From: Chara braunii
Lineage: Eukaryota > Plantae > Charophyceae
NCBI GenBank assembly: GCA_003427395.1
Contig: BFEA01000044.1
Span: 2,656,454 to 2,716,745 of the forward strand
Length of the DNA stretch: 60,292 bases
Direction: 5' to 3'
The position numbers were made by a program, and so were the translations under genes. Positions within the stretch are counted from its first letter, which is position 1, and each line of letters begins with the position of its first letter. Of the stretch, positions 50,701 to 60,292 are shown in pieces. The notes beneath the pieces were generated by a model. The model saw only the letters and a program-made list of their open reading frames with translations. It was not told where the DNA came from and ran no database searches.

Positions 50701-53700
50701 TTCATGGAGCTCGACCACTTGTTGCATTTGATGTTGTCAAGCTGGCTCCTTGCCCTTGCAGCGACATGTGGATGCATGTATTATTTAATTAAGAGTTCTT
50801 CAAGGATGGCAACCGGAGTGGCTTTAAGCCACCGGGTCAGATCTATCTTTGGGACCCCAGCTCGCATAGACTAGATTTGAAGCCCCGTACAAGGGGGTCA
50901 ACATTCGTTCCCATGATCCCTGACTGGGTCTCTGTCCGAGTTCCCAAAACCTCAAAATGAGCTCTCATGGAGCTGATCCAGGATTCAATCTCTTCCTTGC
51001 CGTCGTACTTATACGGTATCTACACCGCCTTTCGATCCCGGAATCGCCACAGCTGGGACCAGCACCTTCTGGTTCCGATCTTCGGGTTGCAGCCATTGCA
51101 GAATTTCCCGCATTGTCGCTTGTGTAGCAACAACGGAATCTGCACCTGCTGTGGGTCCCAAAAGGTTTGCCATCACACTCAAAGAGCAAGACGAAGAAGA
51201 TACGGTAAGAGGGGCAAGGCTAGCAGCTCCGGAACCCGAGGGTAGAGGAAGAGGATTGGCCACTTGGGCTTGTCGCAGTGTAATGACCTCTACTGTCAAG
51301 TCACGGTTCTTACTAATCATATCGGTAAGATCCTCCCGAAGTTTCCAAAATTTTGTGAATACTTTGGAGAACTGAGTAGTATATTCCTCAAGGTTCCGGA
51401 CTTGAAAGGTAGAGGTGAGGATGTGTTGCAGTTGTTCCCCACACTATTCTTTGCTCAGTGAGGGAATCGTTTCTAAGATGGACAATTGACTTTTAGGCAA
51501 CAACTCCCTCTCTTCCTCCGTCTGCTGTTCCCTTTTAAACCACCACTACCCATGCCAGCCTAAATTCGCTTGCCTGGCCTTACAGGCCGGGTTCTTGGGT
51601 GGGCGGTGACCTGCAGGCGCAGGCGGGCCCGGTCCAAGGATTTCAAGCGCCAACTTAGACGATTTTTCGCAGTCAGAAGACTTGAAAAACAAATCTGAAA
51701 ATTTGAGATCCTGTAGATTAGATTGTGAGATTTCCAGGAAAATTATCAAAAAAGTGAAAAAAATAATTAGACCATGAAATAAATGCCACGTCGTTTCGTC
51801 GCATTTTCTAATTTTGCCACTCAACCACGTGTGGGCCAACGAGAAAAGTACCCCGATTTCCGTGATTTTTTGTGCTCAGAAGGATGACTCAACAACTCTG
51901 CAGATTGCAGGGCCTGTGGATTTGGTCGTTGTCTTGCCACGAAAAATCTTTATTTAAAAAAAAAAACATACCATGAAATAAATGCCGCGCCAATTAGTCC
52001 CATCTTCCATTTTTGCTGCCCTATCACGTGTCGGCCAACAAGAAATACCCCAACTTCAGCGGTTTTTTACGTCCAATACAATGCTTTAGGTCTTTCTAGG
52101 GGAAAAAATAAATAAATAAATAAATAAAATAAACCTCGAAAGAAATCATAGGGGCAATTTGACGTTTTTTTTTTTGTTTTTTTTTTTTTTTTTTCTCAGA
52201 ACCTCGCGGTTCTGGGGAGCAACAGCCCGGTTCCTATTCCACCGACAAGTCAATATGAAGTACATTAGGAACTCACACACGCTCCTCCCCATTATGGCTG
52301 GGAGGTCCGAGAGGGCGGCATTGATTGCTTCCTTGTGGAAGGATGTACCCCCCCTCACCCCTGCCTAAGTTAACCTGCACTGCTAGATCTGCTGGCCGCA
52401 GTCCTGCTCCTCTCAGCTTTTATAGCTGTCAGATCATTGTACTATGTTAGAGCGGACTGGGGCGTGTGAACCAGTTCTTCCTTGCCTGTGCTACACTGTC
52501 CCTCCCGCAAACCACTATGGCCTAATTCACTGCTGAGATTTGGAGGATGCCCGGACCAGATGCCCCCCCCACCAGCTTTCTATGAGGGATGTCTCTTTTT
52601 TGCACCTTTTAGCCTTTGTTTTTGCCACTCTGCCAGTTCCCCCCACTGTGCTACCGGTACCCCTCATGGACCTGTGCTACCGGTCCCCCCTAATTTAGGA
52701 CGGCAGGGTTAGTGGTGGTTTCAGAGCACCCTCATAGAGGACGGCAGGGGTAGTGGTGGTTTCAGAGCACCCTCATAGAGTACATGTAGATACCGTTTTT
52801 CCGCATCACAAGCTGCATTCAATAAAGCCTGCCACTACGCTGAGGTTAACTGCGGCTGGGCCATTTTTGGACCGTTACTGTCAACAGATGGGTTGTAGAG
52901 ACGCCAACCAACAAAGGAATCAGACTCTCAAGAGGTACACTCCCCTTTTCGCTTGCACGAACACTCTGTTTCCCAGTCCTTGTCCACTCCAAAAGGTCAC
53001 TTTCCCGCTCTTCCTTTTCTCTCTATTCCATTTGGTAACTAGTCTCCTCGGGCATTGAAAATGAACTCCAAGAAAAAAAAAAAACCAAAAAGCTCAAGGA
53101 AGAGAGGGTACAACTCCTAGCCGGAGCTGCATTACATTTGGACTAGAGAGCAGCAAAAAAATATATATATATTCACATGAGGTCTGAGCCAGCGACTCAG
53201 CCTGATCAGACTGAATACGAGATCCCCTCGAGTCCAGTCTGATCAGTTCCATGACCATACAACAAATCAGACAACAAGTGACGATATGCAACAATGGAGA
53301 ATTGAGTGGTGTACAAGGTGCGAGCCAAGCCATGAACGGTCCAATCAAAGCATGTGAAACGTCTCAGCGGAGATCCCCTAGACAGCGGGTGTCCTAACCA
53401 AAAGAATAAAACTCTGGATCCCAATTAGAAAGAAAACGAACCAATGTCTAACAGATTTGGGTCCAAGGGGCCCTTCTTGCTTGGGTCCGATCCCACTGGG
53501 TCCCTAAGGGTCCCGCGTACGCCGTGACCGGGTCCCAACAAAGAGGAGTCCCCCACGGACTCTGCCTCTACTATACTGAAAAGAACAGATTTCAACCGGG
53601 GTCCCAACAAAGAGGAGTCCCACACAGACTCTGCCTCTACTATACCGAAAAGAACAGATTTCAACTTCCAGAAGAACCTACAGTCTACAGCCGTTCAGAG

Positions 53701-54525
53701 ATGAAAAGACGAAGCATTATAGAAGGACTCAACATTCAAATCAAGATACTTCATTCCTCCATACATCAGGTGAGTATACTTCATTCCTCCATCCATCAGG
53801 TGAGTAAGTAGTTCACACAATCAATACCACAGAGTAGGAAAGAAACCCAGAATAACCCCAACAGGACAATCAATACCATGCATGCACATACATGGGAATC
53901 CCGTAGGTGCACGACACTTACCTGAGTGGCCTGAGCTTTGAGATGAATAGAACTCACCCCCCTCTCACATGATCCTCCTCACCCCTGTAACGCTACCTCT
54001 ACACAAGTGTCCTATCTCCTAGGAGGGTCTGACTCCAACACCCAAGTGCAACGGCAGATCCCCCACCGATGCTGAAGAACAAAGTAAGAACAAAGTAGCA
54101 ACCAACAGTCTTTAGATGCAAAATGGTTGTTGTCCCTCAAGCTTGCCTACTTGAGGGAAGCCCTAAAGTCGCCAAGTGTCTCCCTTGAATCAGATTCCAG
54201 GTGCAAGTGCCTCTCACTGTTGCTTCTCTCAAATTGTAGCATGACGTTTCCACGAAATGTCTCGCCACCCCAAACTTGCTCTCAAACAACCTGGTTAGGT
54301 CCAGCGTCTACCCAACACGACCTAACCTGGTGGGGCAGCTTCCCTTAGCCACGCTGCCCCACTTCCCTCACAACCAACCCTAACCCTAAGTGATGCCCTC
54401 TACCACTTAAGTTAGGGTTAGTGCAGCAAAGTCGACTCTCGCCAGAAAGTAGAATCCGCTTTGATACCAATGTTATGATCCTGGCCAATTTTGAAGTAAA
54501 CATTCATCAAAAAGTACAAAGTCGA
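44718..54525 (-). mobile_element. Ty3/Gypsy chromovirus family B copy 2 (3' LTR 44718-46516; 5' LTR truncated to ~54471-54525)
   Basis: The LTR is homologous to copy 1. PPT at 46517-46528. Integrase IVDRFFKF (47309-47785), RNase H TDASQYGIG (48042-48752), protease LIDCGAT (~49970) and gag (50281-51500). PBS TGGTATCAAAGCGG at 54456-54469. Confidence 0.92.
51539..52760. mobile_element. ACCAC-ended MITE nested in family B copy 2; right end tandemly duplicated
   Basis: The left end accaccactacccatgccagcctaaatt matches the reverse complement of taatttaggacggcagggttagtggtggt (ends 52719). A second terminus copy ends at 52760. Flanks are TTAA and TTCA. Confidence 0.8.
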
Positions 54526-55870
54526 CTAGCGTCCTGTTTCCAATAATGGCAATAGTTTACCTCTTGGAGGAAGCCGGCGTGGTCTACATCTATCTTTACT
54601 GAACTTCTCATATGTCATGCCCTCTTCCTTGGTATGGGCATACAGTTGGGATCGACAGGGTTCAGGAAGTGCTCGTGCAAAGTTGACCATGGTCAGGTCA
54701 GTGCAAGAGTTTGTCCATAGTAGCCTTTAGTGCGGACACACTCTTCCATTTCCAATTGGCTATGTTGAGGATCAAATGTTTTGTCCGTCGGGCTAAGTTT
54801 TCATCCTCAAATCGATTCTTTAAGGCCAAGAAGAAATCTACATGTGGATTCGTTGGGAGTATTCTACCATTGATGTGCAGCCTACTTCCTTCATTAGGGA
54901 GAGAGCAAATCGGCAGCCTCCAACCTTGCTGCAAACTCCTCCCCGGAGCTCAATTTTTCCCACATTTTTCAGCAGGGCGGTCAACTCTTGGGCAGCATGC
55001 AGCAGAGCATCAGTTACGAGGGTCAGGTTTTCCTTAACTTCCACTTCCTTGGCTCGTTCTTCCTCAATTGCTGTTGGACTTTCTTCCCTTCCTCCTTTAT
55101 CCTCCTCTTCTCATCAAACTCCTTCCTCTTCTGGGTTAGAAGTCGCTGGTGGACACGTTCTTTCTGCAATCAGCGGGTCCCTTTCTTCACCATCACCCGC
55201 AGCCTCCAATCTCGCTGCAAACTCCTCCCCCCTTCCTCTGACTCGGCTGACATTTCACTATGGAATCCAAATTTCGCCACCCAGTCCTCATCGTCTGGTT
55301 GAATGATCCTCAATTGCCCAGCTTGGCTACTCTCCAAGATTTCCTCTTCTTTTCCTTCTTCGTTCCTGCTTCTGTTTTTCCAAGATTCTTAATTTCTCCT
55401 CTAATTCCCTTCTTTCCTTCTCCAGTCTCTCTTTATCCTCCTCTTTCTTCTTCTGTTTCTCCTCCTCCTCCGCCAGCCTCCTATCGATCTCAGCCTGCTG
55501 TTCAGTTGTGTATGGCTGGGTGGACGCTCTGGATCGGCTCATGACATGCACACCAAAAGGCTGGGCAAGCCCCAGTGGAAAGAGGAAACGGAGTATGGGC
55601 CCCCATATCACGGACAGGGACAGGAGGCCGAACATCGGGTAGTCATCCATGGTGAGGGTCAACACAGATAAGTTGACTCCGCCTCCCCACCACGTAGACC
55701 TACTCCTCAACACTTAACTAATCCTAACCTAAATCAGGGTCTGACTCGTCTACTTCCCTACCCAGTTCTGTCATTACAACTCTCCTAACAGCCGGTGGGC
55801 AACCAGCAGTTTAAGGTCATCCCTGCAGTGACCTGTACAGGCCTCAAGAATTATTTAACGATGCAAACAG
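54526..55870 (-). mobile_element. Ty3/Gypsy family A gag and leader, minus copy, internally deleted
   Basis: ALKNRFEDENLARRTKHLILNIANWKWKSVSALKATMDKLL is nearly the same as the gag at 15044-15553. The leader 55741-55850 mirrors 13200-13290. Confidence 0.88.
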
Positions 55871-56289
55871 GATGCTAAGGTAATTTCATTGCCTAACTTT
55901 CTAGGTGACTAGAAATAGGAAACTCCACTGTATGCGGGAAACTCCTCGAATAGATTCGTGCCCACTAAGCCTGAAGGACCCTTCTCCCCTCACTGATTGC
56001 AACAATTTTCGAGTGTAACTACCACCAGAATGGTAAGCCGGTCGGTACCGGTCCTTGGGGGATATCCCTGGCGTCCTCAACTGGTGGACCTTACATCTCA
56101 CCCTGCTCTTTCCGTGCATTAAGCTGGCCAACCCTACTGCCCTCTACAACTCCTCACCACGTCCCTTCGAGTCTTCGGTTGCACGCAGGTCAGTACCAGT
56201 CATTGACCATATCCTAGTTGTTTTACTAGCGCCCGCCGCTCATTGCCCTTCCTCCCTACTAGGTCTCTGGATACCTCCAGCTGGCAAGA

Positions 56290-57524
56290 TGCAACCCTAG
56301 ACCTCGACGATGCATTCAAAGACGAAGCAGACTCGACACTCAGAATTCAGATGCGACCAGATGCCGTCAACAGAAACCCTAATTTTCAGCACAGGTCACC
56401 AGGGAAGTACTTGGGAACGTAATATTCACAACAGATAAATTGCAGAAAGACAAGGGTCGGGCAAGAAGCACTTCACATTGTCTTCAACACTTCGTCGGTG
56501 ATGCTCCACGATCGCAGGTATGCTTCCTCAACTTTTGCCCCTTCTCCTTCGGCCCTCAATATATAGATTTCTTATTTGATTTTTTATCACCTGCTAACCT
56601 TCTTCTTGCAAGCGCCTGCAGGCGAACTTCTTGGCAGCGCCTCATCTCGGTTTGGCTTCTCACGTGTGAACTCTCATGTGAATGTTCATTGATGTATACT
56701 TCGATCATTTCAGTGCTGGCCTCCTTGCCAGCGCCTGAAATCCGAGTAGGTGCAGCGGGAACCAGCTCCAATACCACTGAAATGATAAGTACTCGTCAAG
56801 TTCCGACTCGCATACATCAATGAACATTCACACGAGTTCACACGTGAGAAGCCAAACCGAGATACAATCAGCACATGAAGTTGTCGTCTCCAAAATTATC
56901 ATCAATATACAAGAATGAAGAATGTTCATCTTCAGCGGTGCTGCTGCACACACACACACCCAACGAATCTCAACCAGATGGTGGCTATGGCTTCTCCCTT
57001 CTCTCTCCCTCTCTCTCTTAGTCTTGCTTCTCTCTCTGACTTGGCTCGCTCTGCCTCACTCTTTCTCTAACCTAGATCGTCACCCTGGATACACCCACTA
57101 AGGCACTTTTTCAGGTGCGAAGTGCCTTAGTTGCCTTAACGCACAAGTACCAGCAGCGCTTCCGCATACTGCAAACTGAAGGAGTGATGATCCGCTGCAC
57201 TGTAGCAGCTTGACTTGCCTTGGCCAGCTTCAGACCGGTACCAGTTGGCCGCGACCTGTCGGCTGCAAACATTTTATCGGTCCGGTACCCTCCGGACTTT
57301 CCTGGGACTTGCTGCAAAATTGGACTTGGGACTGTTGGACTGGACTGGACTTCTCTGGACTTTTCTTGTCAGGTACCCGACGGACTTCTACCAACCTACG
57401 ACTTTTCGGTACCGACACCTACCGACCTACGACATTTCACCTTACGGACCCTTCGGCCTATCCTACCGGGACAACCTGGGACTGAGACACTTCGAACTCC
57501 GGGACCAGGACTGGGGTGTCTGCA
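56290..57524 (-). mobile_element. LTR-like fragment
   Basis: On the minus strand it begins TGCAGACACCCC, resembling the start at 18043. Non-coding. Confidence 0.45.
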
Positions 57525-57832
57525 GCATGAATCCTTTAACATTGTATAATGCCCAAATAATGGCATGTTTAAAATTAAAAAATAAAAATAAAAATAATAA
57601 TAGTAATAATAATAATTAAGGCATATGTGTTTTCTCTGTTTGTCTGACTGCATAAATGTGCTGTGGTATGGTTCTGTGAGCCTATAAAAACAATTGAGAG
57701 AGAGCTACCTACATGCCGTATGTGTGAAATTGAAGGGGAAGAAAGGCCCTATCCCACTTATTGTGGAGAACTGAAACCCAGACCATCGTCTTTCTTCCTT
57801 TCACAAAAGAAAAAAACAGGGAGCCAACATAC

Positions 57833-57979
57833 CTTCACAATGGAAATAGCAGCAGAGATCGGGTCTCGTATCCCTAGGACACTCCAACAAAGAGAATTAT
57901 CTGAGCCAGCAGGAATAATGCCAATTGGAACTTCCATGGCTTGCGCAGAATCTTTACGAGAGAATAGTCCATTCAAAAC
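57833..57979 (-). CDS. LCBK1: Internal exon of a sphingoid long-chain-base kinase (DAG-kinase-like catalytic domain), LCBK1-like
   Basis: Bounded by gcAG and GTatg; 147 bp, phase 0-0. Encodes VLNGLFSRKDSAQAMEVPIGIIPAGSDNSLCWSVLGIRDPISAAISIVK, with the IPAGSDN motif of plant LCBK1. Confidence 0.92.
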
Positions 57980-58779
57980 CTGCTCTGCATAGCAAACAAC
58001 GAAACCCCTCAGAAACTTCCAGTAGCTGTTCTATTAATTAGGTCGCCTTCCATATGCCAGGCTATTTCGAGATCACAAGGACACTTGCCGTGCACTGCTT
58101 CTGACAGCTCATCCACACCCATCAGTGTTCACAGACAGATGTGAGGTCTTAGACAGACTTGAAGTACGAACAGGTAGTCCCAAGGTGAGATAGAACAGTC
58201 ACAAACTCCCAGGTATCACCAGCCGACCTGTCACAATAGCACTAGCATACAACATATAATAGAGTGTTCCTCTACTTCAGGAAGGGCCAGAAGACGAACT
58301 TTTAGTAGGAATAGCTAGTTCCAAGGTGGGATTGAACACTCCCGCACTCCCAGGTATCACCAGCCGACCTGCAGGTAGATCAAAGGAGGGGGGAGGGGGG
58401 AACAAAACACCTCCGAGATGTAGCAATGACACCCCCACAATGACTATAGCATTCAATCTACAGTAGCACATTCCTCCACTGCATTGCTGATCCAACATGT
58501 GGGCATGCATCCGGACACATGGATAGGACAATAAATCTGGGCCAGTAAGACATCCTCAACAGGATATGGTTTGCTGAACAGGGTTAAGCACCTCATCAGC
58601 CAGTGCTTAGAATGAGATTTTGTTTCACTTCTGGAGCAACAGCCACGCTTCAACTTAATACAAAGTTGAGATATTGCAAGACAACTGCTTTCATAAAAGG
58701 ACAAGGTTATCTGTTGCAGCTCCCCACACAATAAAATGAAGGAAATAGTGTTAAAGGAGGCCACGAGTACCTGTTGCGG

Positions 58780-59720
58780 CTTCGCTTGCAAAAAAATGAA
58801 GGGCAAAAAGCAAAAACGTGCAAGGGGGGATTCTGTTTTGGGGGGGTGCAGGGGTGGGGGGGATTTGGCTTCACCTGTTTACTCCTATTGACTCAGTCGA
58901 TGCATTGTGGTGGAGGTGCGAGGATATGGGTCCTCGGCAGGCCTAAGGGGCCCCTTGCAGCATATGTGCCCGCCCTAAGTGAAGGCGGGCGTAACAAATC
59001 ACGAGAGGCCCTTGGTTGTCAATTTCGCATTTGGGGGTCCAGGCAGTTTCGTTGCAGCATTTGGTTGAAGGGAAACACAGGCCGAGCAGCGTGGAAATTC
59101 CCAGGCCTTCTAGGCCTTTCCAAAAGCTCAGGCCCTGGGCCAGATTCGCAGCCTCATACACAGACAGTTGGGAGGCCCAACCGAATGAGGCCCAGTAGCT
59201 GCACCAGAGGCGCAGCATCCTGGGGCCTACCGGAAGCTTCTGGGCCCAGGCCAGTCTAGCCAGGCTGCCGAACGAGGCAGGCTCTTTCCATATAGGAAAG
59301 AGCTTGCTGCCTGGCCAGGGCATTCGGGCACTTGCTGGCTGGCGGCAGCGCTGCTGGAGCAATAGCTCGTGTGCTGGCTGCTGGCATTGGAGCAAGAGGC
59401 TGCGCACGTGCGGTCGTTTGGTAAAGAAGGGCACTGCTGAGGGCAGCACCATAGCCCAGCCTCGCAGGGGTGGTCTTTGGGTGTACAACAAAGGGAGACG
59501 TGGGAGAGAGTCAAGGGGGAGAGAGAAGGATGATGATGATGATATGAGGGCACATACCTGGTATTGGCGATGGTTCTGCATGGGCGACATCTTCAAGTAC
59601 TTCAAGTGCTGCTGACGTCAACAGTTGCATTGTCAATTAGTAGGCTAGTCGTAGCTGTGTAGGGAGTAGGCTGGGCGCCGAGCACCAGATAGGGAGATAG
59701 AGACTGGATACATATGTTGG
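58780..59720 (+). repeat. Dispersed-repeat family copy (probable DNA transposon end)
   Basis: Shares blocks with 19750-19990 (+) and 22170-22600 (-). Confidence 0.65.
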
Positions 59721-60292
59721 TGGTGGCAAGAGCAAGCTCTCATTGACATTGACTTTCAGCGCTACGATTCTCCATTGGTGTTATATTGGTGCAGTTCTGC
59801 TTCCTGAACACTGTGTTACGATTTGACTTTCAATGTGATTGTGTAATTTGAATATTGTCATCTCGCTTCTTGCAAGGAAGATGAGCATTAGCGAACTTCA
59901 GCAATCAAACAGCATCATACATATGAGCCCAGATAGTCTTGACCTCGAACCACAGCAGACTGGCATCACAAGATACACCGAATAAGAACACACCAAGAGT
60001 TCAAAATTGACAATGCTGAAGAAGTCCCATCACCATCAACTGCGAACCAGAGTTGATATCCTACTGGCGCTCGACGCCCAGACTACAGGTGGCAGATCCT
60101 ATCTAACCTATACTATGAAGCAGAATGATGACATCAACAGCGTTCCCGAAGAACGAGCATATGGCGACCAATGTCGCACGCTTCAGCACCAGGTATGTCT
60201 CTCGTAACACTCACAACCCCGATCCACACCGCACAGATGCCACTAGCACCCCAAGGACCACCCTGCGCTTCACCTAGCATACAGCAGCGCAG

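Overview
Eukaryotic nuclear DNA, almost entirely nested transposable elements, with several assembly gaps. Composition and TE types suggest a charophyte alga such as Chara; this is an inference. The only host gene evidence is two minus-strand exons of a sphingoid long-chain-base kinase (LCBK1-like), at 57833-57979 and 21688-21784, separated by a ~36 kb intron, so most or all of the window is probably intronic. The window holds a decayed hAT transposase (BED finger plus dimerisation domain) and at least five Ty3/Gypsy chromovirus copies. One copy retains both LTRs, a PBS, a PPT, a TSD and a -1 frameshift site. Several MITE families are also present. Most notable: (1) an ORF-poor segment (~37.4-43.8 kb) carrying two adjacent arrays of predicted RNA hairpins whose stems co-vary between copies, one of 7 short units with a nearly invariant core and one of 5-6 long pre-miRNA-sized hairpins each followed by GGAGTTA; (2) a 206-bp mitochondrial-type tRNA cluster (trnR-ACG, trnE-UUC and a tRNA fragment) inserted cleanly into a retrotransposon between gag and protease.
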